Notes: a model not told the origin generated them from the letters alone. 63,985 bases of DNA, filler included, from Vicugna vicugna (GCA_013265495.1; 81 parts of 76 records of this genome joined end to end with filler, not necessarily neighbours in it), one strand, 5' to 3'. Shown: positions 12,453 to 24,880, counted from the first letter of the whole stretch. A program made the numbers and translations.

Positions 12453-12527
12453 CTGCTCTTGGAAATCATCTTCCTCACGTTTTTTCAGAGATCCCGATGC
12501 AGCATGGTGGTCTTGCATTTTCTTTTT
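12453..12527 (-). CDS. MIA3/TANGO1-like paralog exon (5' truncated by contig end): KKKMQDHHAASGSLKKREEDDFQEQ
   Basis: Open, ends at phase-0 donor cag|gtgaag; end resembles recalled MIA3 LQKTERSFKNQ. Confidence 0.6.
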
Positions 12528-12627
12528 NNNNNNNNNNNNNNNNNNNNNNNNNNNNNNNNNNNNNNNNNNNNTTAATTAATTAANNNNNNNNNNNNNNNNN
12601 NNNNNNNNNNNNNNNNNNNNNNNNNNN

Positions 12628-13532
12628 AAGTTACCTATGCACTCTGAAATATTTTCTTTGAGTTTGTAGCTTATGCCTATCACCAGTTTCAAGAATAACA
12701 CTTTGATCGCACAAAAACACTATTGGAGCCAATTCTTCCCTAGAGATATGTAATTTGAATAGATTATATCTACATGATATTCCGTGTTCCGTACATGCTA
12801 CATACATGACGGATTCGACAAACATGCATTCCTGAGTTGAGAGCATGTGGATTACTATTCTTTCATCCTCTATAAAAGGAATATTTTCATCTAGACACGT
12901 GTACACATTTTCACAAGCTTTCCCTAACACCAGTTTCGAATTCGTGCATTTTTCACAGAAAAATAGTTCTGGAGCGATTTCCACCTAACAGATATGTAAT
13001 TTACATGTATTCCAACAACATGGCATTCCGGGTTCCTTACATGTTAAATGCATGTCGGATTCGGCAATCATGAGTTTCTGACTTGTGAGCATGTGAATTA
13101 CAGGCCTTTCACCCTCCGAACAAGGCGTATATAGTCTTAGAAATATTTACTCTGACTTCATAGGTTTTTCCTATCACCAGGTTCTAAAATGGGACATTTG
13201 GCACCAGAAACACTCTTTGAGCGNNNNNNNNNNNNNNNNNNNNNNNNNNNNNNNNNNNNNNNNNNNNNNNNNNNNNNNNNNNNNNNNNNNNNNNNNNNNN
13301 NNNNNNNNNNNNNNNNNNNNNNNNNNNNNNNNNNNNNNNNNNNNNNNNNNNNNNNNNNNNNNNNNNNNNNNNNNNNNNNNNNNNNNNNNNNNNNNNNNNN
13401 NNNNNNNNNNNNNNNNNNNNNNNNNNNNNNNNNNNNNNNNNNNNNNNNNNNNNNNNNNNNNNNNNNNNAAACTCTCTTTAAGCGAAATATACCCTAGAGA
13501 TATGTAATTTGAATAGATTCCATCTACATGAT
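12628..13532 (-). repeat. Satellite C
   Basis: Reverse complement of family C motifs. Confidence 0.92.
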
Positions 13533-13632
13533 NNNNNNNNNNNNNNNNNNNNNNNNNNNNNNNNNNNNNNNNNNNNTTAATTAATTAANNNNNNNNNNNN
13601 NNNNNNNNNNNNNNNNNNNNNNNNNNNNNNNN

Positions 13633-14453
13633 GCTCTCTTCAGTCACAGGTGTTTCCTGTTCGGGGAAGCCCGAGAATTATATTCCCTGACCTTGGGGAG
13701 GCATCCTCTGACACTGGTATACCCTGCAATAACCCCTAGCATTCCCTGGCACAGAGACATTAGGAAAACACTCAGGGGAGACAGGCTTAGGCATTCCGTT
13801 AGAACCCACGCGCTGCCGACCGTTGGTGGAACCTCCCCACGCTCAGGATTCCGGAANNNNNNNNNNNNNNNNNNNNNNNNNNNNNNNNNNNNNNNNTCCA
13901 CGCAGCTCTCTTCAATCACAGGGGTTCCCTGTTCTGGGAAGTCCGAGAAATAAATTCCCTGACCTTGGGGATGCAGCCTCGGTCACTGGGATATCCTGCA
14001 ATCACCCCTAGCGTTCCGTGGCACTGAGACATTAGGAAAACCCTCAGGGGAGACGAGCTTAGGCATTCCGTTAGAACCCACGCGCTGCCGACCGATGGTA
14101 TAAACTCCCCACGCTCAGGATTCCGGAACCATTGTCAGTGGGTTGGGGAGCTCGAGAGACAACTCCACGCACCTCTCTTCAGTCACAGGTGTTCCCTGTT
14201 CGGGGAAGTCTGAGAAATACCTTCCCTGAGCTTGCGGAGGCAGCCTCTGACACTGGGATATCCTGCAATCACGCCTAGCATTCCCTGGCACAGAGACAGT
14301 AGGAAAAACCTCAGGGGAGACGAGATTAGGCATTCCGTTAGAACCCACGCGCTGAAGTCGGTTGGTGGAACTTAACCACGCTCAGGATTCCGGAACCATT
14401 CTCAGTGAGTGGGGGAGTTCGAGAAACAACTCCACGCAGCTCTCTTCAGTCAC
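13633..14453 (+). repeat. Satellite A (267-bp GC-rich monomer)
   Basis: Tandem gagctcgagagacaactccacgcagctctcttcagtcacagg units. Confidence 0.95.
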
Positions 14454-14553
14454 NNNNNNNNNNNNNNNNNNNNNNNNNNNNNNNNNNNNNNNNNNNNTTA
14501 ATTAATTAANNNNNNNNNNNNNNNNNNNNNNNNNNNNNNNNNNNNNNNNNNNN

Positions 14554-14963
14554 ACTTTGAAATATTTATTTTTACTTCGTAGCTTCTGCCTATCACCATT
14601 TGAAAGAATCACAGTTTGATCTAAGAAAAAGCCTCTTGGAGCGGATACTACACTAGAGATATGAAATTTGAATAGATTCCATCTACATGATATTCCGTGT
14701 TCCGTACATGCTTCATACATGACGGATTCGACAAACATGCATTCCTGAGTTTAGAGCATGTGGATTATTAATCTTTCAACCCCTATAAAAAGAATATTTT
14801 CATCTAGACACGTGTACACATTTTCAAAAGCTTTCAACCTCAGATATTTACATGAATTCCATCAACATGTCATTCCGGGTTCCGTACATGCTACATGCAT
14901 GACGGATTCGGCAATCATGTGATTCTGACTTGTGAGCATGTGTATTACTGACCTTTCCTTTCT
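14554..14963 (-). repeat. Satellite C (copy with ~60-bp internal deletion near 14835)
   Basis: Compared with 12915-12985, the segment between two tttc motifs is missing. Confidence 0.9.
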
Positions 14964-15063
14964 NNNNNNNNNNNNNNNNNNNNNNNNNNNNNNNNNNNNN
15001 NNNNNNNTTAATTAATTAANNNNNNNNNNNNNNNNNNNNNNNNNNNNNNNNNNNNNNNNNNNN

Positions 15064-15796
15064 CATCAACATGGCATTCCGGGTTCCGTACATGTTACAT
15101 GCATGATGCATTCGGCAATCATGCATTTCTCACTTGTAAGCATGTGGATTACTGCCCTTTCATACACCAAAGGAGGCGTATATAGACTTACAAATATTTA
15201 CTCTGACTTCATAGGTTTTTAATATCACCAGGTTCTAAAATTGGATATTTGGCACCAGAAAATTCTGTTTGAGCGAATTCTCACCAAAACACATTTAATT
15301 TACATTGTTTACATAACCATGGCATTCCGTATAGCGAACATGTTTCATGCATCACGGTTTCCTCAAACATGAATTTCTGAGTTGTGAACATGCGCATGAC
15401 TGATGTTTCAACCACCAAACAAGTTACCTACTAACTTTGAAATATTTATTTTGACTTCGTAGCTTCTGCCTATCACCAGTTTCAAGAATGACACTTTGAT
15501 CCCAGAAAAACCCTCTTGGAGCGAATTCTACCATAGAGATATGGAATTTGAATACATACCATCTACATGATATTCCGTGTTCCGTACATGCTACATACAT
15601 GACGGATTCGACAAACATGCATTCCTGGGTTGAGAGCATGTGGATTACTAATCTTTCATCCTCTATAAANNNNNNNNNNNNNNNNNNNNNNNNNTCCATC
15701 TAGAGTACACATTTTCACAAGCTTTCCCTATCACCAGGTTCGTGTTTGTGCTTTTTTCACAGAAAAATAATTCTGGAGCGAATTCCACCTCAGATA
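15064..15796 (-). repeat. Satellite C
   Basis: About one full trimer. Confidence 0.92.
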
Positions 15797-15896
15797 NNNN
15801 NNNNNNNNNNNNNNNNNNNNNNNNNNNNNNNNNNNNNNNNTTAATTAATTAANNNNNNNNNNNNNNNNNNNNNNNNNNNNNNNNNNNNNNNNNNNN

Positions 15897-16681
15897 ATTC
15901 TATATTCAGTATTATGTAATCTATCTTCTTAATTCTGTGTTGTGCATAGCATGTTCTTAGTTCTGGATTCTTTAATCTGTATTCTACATTCTATATTCTG
16001 TGTTCTACATTCTATATTCTAAATTCTATATTCAGTATTCTTTATTCTATATTCTATATTTTGTGTTCTACATTCTATATTCTNNNNNNNNNNNNNNNNN
16101 NNNNNNNNNNNNNNNNNNNNNNNNNNNNNNNNNNNNNNNNNNNNNNNNNNNNNNNNNNNNNNNNNNNNNNNNNNNNNNNNNNNNNNNNNNNNNNNNNNNN
16201 NNNNNNNNNNNNNNNNNNNNNNNNNNNNNNNNNNNNNNNNNNNNNNNNNNNNNNNNNNNNNNNNNNNNNNNNNNNNNNNNTTCTATATTCTAAATAATCT
16301 ATTCAGTATTCTTTATTCTATATTCTATATTCTGTGTTCTACATTCTATATTCTAAATAATCTATTCAGTATTCTTTATTCTATAATCTATATTCTGTGT
16401 TCTACATTCTATATTCTAAATTGTATATTCAGTATTCTGTATTCTATATTCGAAATTGTGAGTTCTGCTTTCCATGTTCCAAAATCTGGCTTCAATATTC
16501 TTTAAGCTATATTTTTTATTCTGTTTTCTACATTCTATATTCCAAATTATATATTCAGTATTATGTATTTTATATTCTATATTCTGTGTTATTCATTCAA
16601 TTTTTTAATTGTTTATTAAGTATCCTGTATACTTTTTTCTAAATTCAGGGTTCTGCAATTCAATGTTCTAAATTCTGGGTT
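15897..16681 (-). repeat. Satellite E heptamer
   Basis: ATATTCT periodicity; local 63-bp (9x7) repeat at 16281/16344. Confidence 0.95.
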
Positions 16682-17380
16682 NNNNNNNNNNNNNNNNNNN
16701 NNNNNNNNNNNNNNNNNNNNNNNNNTTAATTAATTAANNNNNNNNNNNNNNNNNNNNNNNNNNNNNNNNNNNNNNNNNNNNCTGCCTAGAAGCACTGGCA
16801 CAGTTGTGGCTGCGTCATACATTTTGAAGCCCATCCATTTCCCCGGCTCCGTGATCACGGTAGAGTGGTTCCTTGTTTACCTGTCCATCTCCTCTGTGAC
16901 ATCATAACCCATGAAAAGACCGGAGCATATTAACATGGCTTTGTTAAAATCAAAGGAACAGATCAAATATGGAGACAGATTTGTTCTTTCCTAGTTCAGT
17001 AGTGCCATGGAGAAGGCAGTTTGGGCAGCTTTTTGTAGTGTCCTGGAGGCCGTGTCTCTCAGCTTCTGGGTACCTCTATTGAAAACCCTTCATAGCTATC
17101 TGGCCTGCTGGAAAAGCACTCCGCCTGTTTTGCCCTGAAGATGTGTTCTTTTTATAACTCATCTCTACTCCTTGGAAAACAACTCAATAAAAACTCAGTT
17201 GGTTTTCATTTTCTGCCAGCCATGGGTAGGGTGATGTATACCATGTTATAATTTCATATAATAATAATAGTAATAATAATNNNNNNNNNNNNNNNNNNNN
17301 NNNNNNNNNNNNNNNNNNNNNNNNTTAATTAATTAANNNNNNNNNNNNNNNNNNNNNNNNNNNNNNNNNNNNNNNNNNNN

Positions 17381-17873
17381 ATTTATCCCCTCCCACTCCC
17401 TTTTCCTGGTAACCATAAGATTGTTCACTAAGTCTGCAAGTCTGTTTCTATTTGATAGATGAGTTCATAATGTCCCTTCTTTTTTTTTTTTTAGATACCA
17501 CATATAAGTGATATCATATGGTATTTTTGTTTCTCTTCATGGCTGACTTCACTTAGAATGACAATCTCCAGGTCCATCCATGTTGCTGAAATTGGCATTA
17601 TTTTATTCTTTTTTATGGCAGAGTAGTATTCCATTGTATAAATATACCACTGCTTCTTTATCCAGTCATCTGTTGATGCACATTTAGGTTGCTTCCATAT
17701 CTTGCATACTATAAATAGCCAATATGGAAAACAGTATAGATTCCTTGAAAAAACTGAAGAGTTAGCATATGATCCAGCAATCCCACTCCTGGGCAAAAGA
17801 GAAAACTCTAATTCAAAACATACATGCACCCCATTGTTGATAACAATACTATCTACAGCAGCGAAGAGATGGA
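17381..17873 (-). mobile_element. L1 3' fragment (ORF2 C-terminus and 3'UTR) with 5' inversion
   Basis: Minus 17381-17718 encodes KIWKQPKCASTDDWIKKQWYIYTMEYYSAIKKN (classic L1 ORF2 C-terminus); 17719-17873 is the immediately upstream L1 segment on the plus strand. Confidence 0.9.
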
Positions 17874-18281
17874 TAACTTAAAAAGAATTGTTTTTCTTCT
17901 ACACTCAGAACAAACCTAACATCAAGGATGTCTGTTTTTATTTGAAATGTAACATCAGCAAAAGTAGTTGACATGATATCACAGCTTATTCCATCATCCT
18001 TTATGATGATTGGAAAATGAATTTCACTTTGTAGCTCATTCCTGTCAGAATAGTGATGTTGCTGCTCGGTACTCCTCTAAGCCACGGGTTTCAAAGTCAG
18101 CCTTTTCAAGCAGTTAAGGATTATTTTAAGGTGATTTTGTCCACATGGCAATGAGAGTGCTCATTGCATCAAGAACACATCNNNNNNNNNNNNNNNNNNN
18201 NNNNNNNNNNNNNNNNNNNNNNNNNTTAATTAATTAANNNNNNNNNNNNNNNNNNNNNNNNNNNNNNNNNNNNNNNNNNNN

Positions 18282-19513
18282 TGACCTTTGGGAGGCAGCC
18301 TCGGTCACTGGGATTTCCTGCAAAAAACCCTAGCATTCCCTGGCAAAGATTAATGGGGAAAACCCTCAGGGGAGACGAGCACAGGCATTTCCGTACAACC
18401 CACGCGCTGCCGACCGTTGGTGGAACCTCCCCACGCTCAGTATACCGGAATCATTGTCATTGAGTGGGGGAGCTCGAGAGACAAATCCACGCAGCTCTCT
18501 TCATTCACAGGTGTTCCTTGTAAGGGGGAAGTCCGGGAAATACCTTCCCTGACCTTGGGGAGGCAGCATCTGACACTGGGATAACCTGCAAACCCCCCAA
18601 GCATTCCCTGGCACAGAGACATTAGGAAAACCCTCAGGGGAGACGAGCTTAAGCATTCCGTTAGAACCCAGGCGCTGCCGACGGTTGGTAAAACCTCCCC
18701 ACGCTCATGATTCCGCAACAATTTTCATTGAGTGGGGGAGCTCGAGAGACACCTCCACGCAGCTCTCTTCAGTCACAGGTGTTCCCTGTTCGGGGAAGTC
18801 CGAGAAATAACTTCCCTGACATTGGGGAGGCAGCCTCTGACACTGGGATATCCTGAAAACACCCCTNNNNNNNNNNNNNNNNNNNNNNNNNNNNNNNNNN
18901 NNNNNNNNNNNNNNNNNNNNNNNNNNNNNNNNNNNNNNNNNNNNNNNNNNNNNNNNNNNNNNNNNNNNNNNNNNNNNNNNNNNNNNNNNNNNNNNNNNNN
19001 NNNNNNNNNNNNNNNNNNNNNNNNNNNNNNNNNNNNNNNNNNNNNNNNNNNNNNNNNNNNNNNNNNNNNNNNNNNNNNNNNNNNNNNNNNNNNNNNNNNN
19101 NNNNNNNNNNNNNNNNNNNNNNNNNNNNNNNNNNNNNNNNNNNNNNNNNNNNNNNNNNNNNNNNNNNNNNNNNNNNNNNNNNNNNNNNNNNNNNNNNNNN
19201 NNNNNNNNNNNNNNNNNNNNNNNNNNNNNNNNNNNNGGAACCATTGTCAGTGCGTGGGGGAGCTCGAGAGACAACTCCACGCAGCTCTCTTCAGTCACAG
19301 GTGTTCCCTGTTCGGGGAAGTCCGAGAAATACCTTCCCAGACCTTGGGGAGGCAGCCTCTGTCACTGGGATAACCTGCAAACCTCCCTAGAATTCTCTGG
19401 CACAGAGACATTAGGAAAACCCACAGGGGAAACAAGCTTAGGCTGTCCGTTAGAACCAACGCGCTGCAGAACGTTGGTGGAACCTCCACACGCTCAGGAT
19501 TCCGGAATCATTG
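18282..19513 (+). repeat. Satellite A
   Basis: 267-bp monomers. Confidence 0.95.
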
Positions 19514-19643
19514 NNNNNNNNNNNNNNNNNNNNNNNNNNNNNNNNNNNNNNNNNNNNTTAATTAATTAANNNNNNNNNNNNNNNNNNNNNNNNNNNNNNN
19601 NNNNNNNNNNNNNATGGAAAGTGCTTTGGATTATTGGGTATAA

Positions 19644-19729
19644 TCACTTCATTCCCTTTCTTATGGAGATAAAAATCAGTTTCACTTCACTTCATTCCCT
19701 GCCTTATGGAGGTAAAAATCAGTTTTACA
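19644..19729. repeat. 43-bp direct tandem duplication
   Basis: tcacttcattccct..cttatggagRtaaaaatcagttt at 19644 and 19687. Confidence 0.8.
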
Positions 19730-20284
19730 TCTATTCTCAATTTTGCACGGCAGTGCTACATGTAGAATGCCCTCCCTTCCTTTGTTCCTTATTGTCGCAA
19801 GGGACCAGGCTGGTTATTGAGCACGGAGTTCAGGGAGATAGAAACCTGCTCTAGAGAGGGCACTCTGAGGGGCTGGGAACAAGGCCAGCTCCTTGCCCTG
19901 CTCTGCATTTTCTTTCTTGTCTCCTTGTGAAGGAAAACCTCAGTTGAGCTCTTCCAAGCCCACACAGCTGCCTTGGCTGTAAAGGGCGTGTCCTCCGTTT
20001 CCCTTTGTTTCTTCCTGCCCTGAGGGGTGGCTCTCTGTCTGTCAGTGGCTCTCTGTCTGTCATCCAGCGCTCAGTATGAGGTAAGATGGAAAACCGCCGC
20101 CCAGAGGCTGCCCTGAGAGGGCCAGAGGGCCTGCTCACACCCCAGTCTCACTCCCCTCCCCCGGGGGAAACCATGGGCACAGGCNNNNNNNNNNNNNNNN
20201 NNNNNNNNNNNNNNNNNNNNNNNNNNNNTTAATTAATTAANNNNNNNNNNNNNNNNNNNNNNNNNNNNNNNNNNNNNNNNNNNN

Positions 20285-21109
20285 TATGTCACTGGGATAT
20301 CCTGCAAACCCCCCTACCATAACCTGGCAAAGACACATTAGGAAAACCTCAGGGGAGACGAGCTTGGGCATTCCGTTAGAAACCACGGGCTGACGACCGT
20401 TGGTGGAACCTCCCCACGCTCAGGATTCCGGAAACATTGTCAGTGTNNNNNNNNNNNNNNNNNNNNNNNNNNNNNNNNNNNNNNNNNNNNNNNNNNNNNN
20501 NNNNNNNNNNNNNNNNNNNNNNNNNNNNNNNNNNNNNNNNNNNNNNNNNNNNNNNNNNNNNNNNNNNNNNNNNNNNNNNNNNNNNNNNNNNNNNNNNNNN
20601 NNNNNNNNNNNNNNNNNNNNNNNNNNNNNNNNNNNNNNNNNNNNNNNNNNNNNNNNNGTTGGTGGAACCTCCCCACGCTCAGGATTCCGGAAACATTCTC
20701 AGTGCGTGGGGGAGCTCGAGAGACAACTCCACGCAGCTGTCTTCATTCACAGGATTTCCGTGTTGGGGGAAGTCCGTGAAACACCTTCCCTGAAATTGGG
20801 GAGGCAGCGTATGTCACTGGGATGTCCTGCAACCCCCCTACCATTCCCTGGCACAGACATATTAGGAAAACCCTCAGGGGAGACGAGCTTAGGCATTCCG
20901 TTAGAACCCACGCACTGCCGACGGTTGGTGGAACCTCCCCACGCTCAGGATTCCGGAACCATTGTCAGTGCGTGGGGGAGCTCGAGAGACAACTCCACGC
21001 AGCTCTCTTCAGTCACAGGTGTTCCCTGTTCGTGGAAGTCTGGGATATACCTTCCTTGACATTCTGGAGGCAGCCTCGGTCACTGGGATATCCTGCAATC
21101 AACCCTAGC
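20285..21109 (+). repeat. Satellite A
   Basis: 267-bp monomers. Confidence 0.95.
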
Positions 21110-21209
21110 NNNNNNNNNNNNNNNNNNNNNNNNNNNNNNNNNNNNNNNNNNNNTTAATTAATTAANNNNNNNNNNNNNNNNNNNNNNNNNNNNNNNNNNN
21201 NNNNNNNNN

Positions 21210-21941
21210 AGAAGCGTGGAGTATTTTTCCCCACCTCCAGCACACACACGAAGATGTGTTCTGGTATCCTGAGTGAGGGGAGGCTCCTCCTACTGACAGC
21301 AGCCCCTGGGTCCTAATAAAATCAGTTAGCTGTATTCCCAGAGTGTTTCCCTAACCCGGGTTGCGTGGGAAAGCTGAGGACTGGTTTAGGGAGTCAAGTA
21401 GATGCAAGTGTTACCCAATGGGATGAGGAATCATTTAGATAAATTTTCCCTAAAGGGGAATACCTGTGCCCACATCCAACTTCATGGAGTGGGGATAAAC
21501 AAATCCCCCCCGACAAGAATGGCTTCCAGAATCCTGAGAGTGGGAAAGTTCCTCCAACTGACAACAGTGCCAGTGTTCTAGTAGAATCCTTAAGCTTCTC
21601 TTCCCTGATGGATTGCATAAGCTGGAGTGCGGTTCAAAGTGGGATTTGGGATCTAAATCCAAGTATTATTGCCTCTCCATGGTAAGTGGAAGGGCTTAAT
21701 CAACAACCACAAACAAGGGTATACCTGTGCCCCCTGAAATATGCGTGGACTCTGTTTCTCCACCAACAGCACACTCACGAAGAAGTTTTCTGGAATCCTG
21801 AGCATGAGGAGGCTATTCCAAATAACAGCAGCACCTGGGTTCTATTAGAATCCCTTAGCTTGTGTTCCCTTAGTGTTTCCTTAGTCCTGGCCATGAGGGA
21901 AAGCTGGGGGTAGGGCTTTGAGGCCTAGTAGCAGCGACTAC
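21210..21941 (+). repeat. Satellite B (~265-bp monomers, alternating types; relative of A on the opposite strand)
   Basis: atcctgag at 21266, 21531 and 21795 (265/264 spacing). Confidence 0.9.
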
Positions 21942-22041
21942 NNNNNNNNNNNNNNNNNNNNNNNNNNNNNNNNNNNNNNNNNNNNTTAATTAATTAANNN
22001 NNNNNNNNNNNNNNNNNNNNNNNNNNNNNNNNNNNNNNNNN

Positions 22042-22358
22042 CCTCAAAATGACAGCAGCGTCTGGGTTCTAATAGAATCCCTTAGCTTGTAATACGAGTG
22101 TTTCCCTGGTCCGGGATGTGAGGGAAAGCTGGGGGTTGGGCTTGGAGTCCAAGTAGCAGTGAGTGTCCCCTGATCGATTGAGGAAGTACTTAGAGGGCTT
22201 CTCCCTAAAGGGAACACATTTGCCCCCATTCATCTGGGTGGAGTGGGGCTGCACAACTCCCCCAAACACAAGAATGTGTTCTGGAATTCTGAGTGCAGAG
22301 AAGAACCTCCGACTGATAGCAGCGCCTGGGTACTATTGGAATCCCTTTGCTTGTCTTC
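22042..22358 (+). repeat. Satellite B
   Basis: tgacagcagc..ctgggttctaatagaatcccttagcttg motif twice. Confidence 0.9.
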
Positions 22359-22458
22359 NNNNNNNNNNNNNNNNNNNNNNNNNNNNNNNNNNNNNNNNNN
22401 NNTTAATTAATTAANNNNNNNNNNNNNNNNNNNNNNNNNNNNNNNNNNNNNNNNNNNN

Positions 22459-22706
22459 CGTGAAAGCAGCAAGCCTGCAGTGACTAGCTCAGCTGTCTTG
22501 ACGGCAGTGCAGTCAATCCCCACCATCCCGTGGCCCTGAGCTTCTGATGCTGGTAAGAGAGCACGCTGCTGCCTCAGATGGAAAGAGAAGGTGAAAGCAT
22601 TTTCTGAAGTCTACAGCACTGAAAAAACATAACTGATAAATCCCAGGCTCCTTTGAGGCTGTCATTTTCCGTTTCTGGCCAACACCCGTCAATGAGCAGA
22701 ACCACC
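22459..22706 (+). repeat. Low-copy repeat, paralog of 38318-38565
   Basis: Directly alignable over ~245 bp with scattered substitutions. Confidence 0.85.
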
Positions 22707-23439
22707 CCATTCCCGAGTCATGGAACTCACGTGGACAGCAGTTTTGGAGAATTTTCCAGGTATAGAATGTAAACCAACTATACATAAAACTCTGAAAAAG
22801 AAAAGATGCAATACTCTGATTTTGGAAGACACTAAAATATTCTCCTAAGCCTTAGTATTTGGAAAGGCTGGGCTTCTACTAAGCCACTTATTTATTTCAC
22901 AGCCAATGAGCATCTTCCACAAACCCTGTTTCCCTGTGTCTGCTGGGAGCTTCAGGCACATTGATGCTGTCTATCTTATTAGTCACAAGGCAGAGGCGTG
23001 TGTCTCATGCCTGCAACTCTCACACAGGCTCAACTCCTAGCCTCANNNNNNNNNNNNNNNNNNNNNNNNNNNNNNNNNNNNNNNNNNNNTTAATTAATTA
23101 ANNNNNNNNNNNNNNNNNNNNNNNNNNNNNNNNNNNNNNNNNNNNCTAGTGAAAGGAAGAGTCCACAGACAAGGAAAATCAATGCCACAGGCAGGCTGAA
23201 ACACAGGCTGGAGGAAAGGAAGAGAAAGGACATAGTTAAGGAGAGGGGAAATTCTGGGAAAAAGACATCAACACAAGGACTCTCAAGCATCATCCAGCAA
23301 TCATATAATCATTCTTTCAAGAGAGAGTTACTTAGGTCCTATTTTGTGCAACATTGTACAGTGGGCGAAGCAAGAGCACAGCGTCCATGGTGGCAGCAAG
23401 TTGCGGAGCTCCAATACACTTCTGATCCCGGTACCTTGC

Positions 23440-23860
23440 ACACTTGTCCTCAGTATAAAGGCAAAAAATATAGTAAAATAATCCAATGTAAACTCTATGC
23501 AATGCTGAAAAAAAATTAAAGAAGACCTAAATACCTGGACAGACACACCAAGCACATTCCTGGATCAAATGACAACATTCCTGGGATGGCAGTGCTCCCC
23601 AGAGCGATCCATATATTAAACGTGGACTCAATCACAATCCCAGCAGGTTCCTCTGCAGAAACTGACTATCTGCTGCTACAATTCATATGGGAATTCGAGC
23701 ATCTCAGTAACCAAACCGTACTTGAATTAGAAGAACAATTTGAGAGGACTTGTAATTCTCAATTTCAAACCTTACAACTGTATCTCCAGGTGAGATTAGA
23801 GGCCATTTTTAAGTTATAATTGTGTTTATCCTTATTTTCTAAATTCTGTACAATGAATAT
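23440..23860 (+). mobile_element. Old L1 remnant
   Basis: aaaaattaaagaagacctaaata.., MAVLPRAIH.., QFIW motifs of L1 ORF2. Confidence 0.7.
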
Positions 23861-24140
23861 ACCTGTTAGAATAAGAAATATAAAAAGTAAGGTATTTTTT
23901 AAAACATGCAAACCGATTCATTCATTGGGAAAAAAATATTTTGACTATAAAGAAGAAAACAAATATCAAGTGAAAAAGGACTATTTAAAAACAACAGTGC
24001 ATTTACATTTTTCGTAAATTGGAAACTGAAAAGCACAAACNNNNNNNNNNNNNNNNNNNNNNNNNNNNNNNNNNNNNNNNNNNNTTAATTAATTAANNNN
24101 NNNNNNNNNNNNNNNNNNNNNNNNNNNNNNNNNNNNNNNN

Positions 24141-24880
24141 TCCCCCACGCACTGACAATGTTTCCGAAATTCTGAGGGTGGGGAGATTCCACCAAATGTC
24201 GGCAGCGCCTGGGTTCTAACGGAATGTCTAAGCTCGTCTCCCCTGAGGGTTTTCCTAATGTCTCTGTGCCAGGGAATGCTAGGGGTGATTGCAGTATATA
24301 ACAGTGTCAGAGGCTGCCTCCCCAAGGTCAGGGAAGGTATTTCTCGGACTTCCCCGATCAGGGAACACCTGTGACTGAAGAGAGTTGCGTGGAGTTGTCT
24401 CTCGAGCTCCCCCACGCACTGACAGTGGTTCCGGAATCCTGAGCGTGTGGAAGTTCCAACAACGGTNNNNNNNNNNNNNNNNNNNNNNNNNNNNNNNNNN
24501 NNNNNNNNNNNNNNNNNNNNNNNNNNNNNNNNNNNNNNNNNNNNNNNNNNNNNNNNNNNNNNNNNNNNNNNNNNNNNNNNNNNNNNNNNNNNNNNNNNNN
24601 NNNNNNNNNNNNNNNNNNNNNNNNNNNNGAAGAGAGCTGCGTGGAGTTGTCTCTCGAGCTCCCCCACGCACTGACAATGGTTCCGGAATCCTGAGCGTGG
24701 GGAGGTTCCACCAACGGTCCGCAGCGCGTGGGTTCGAACGGAATGCCTAAGGTCGTCGCCCCTGAGGGTTTTCCTAATTTCTCTGTGTCAGAGTATACTA
24801 GGGGTGATTGCAGGTAATCCCATTGACCGAGGTTTCCTCCCCAAGTTCAGGAAAGGTATTTCTCGGGCTTCCCCGAACAC
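24141..24880 (-). repeat. Satellite A
   Basis: Reverse-complement 267-bp monomers. Confidence 0.95.

Noticed and set aside
14198..14216. CENP-B box-like motif in satellite A (TTCGGGGAAGTCCGAG in most copies)
   Set aside because: The common form matches only 7 of the 9 core positions of TTCGnnnnAnnCGGG (CCGA instead of CGGG); I saw no perfect box
19926..19943. tgtgaaggaaaacctcag matches the start of the LTR at 59832
   Set aside because: Similarity does not extend beyond ~18 nt; likely chance
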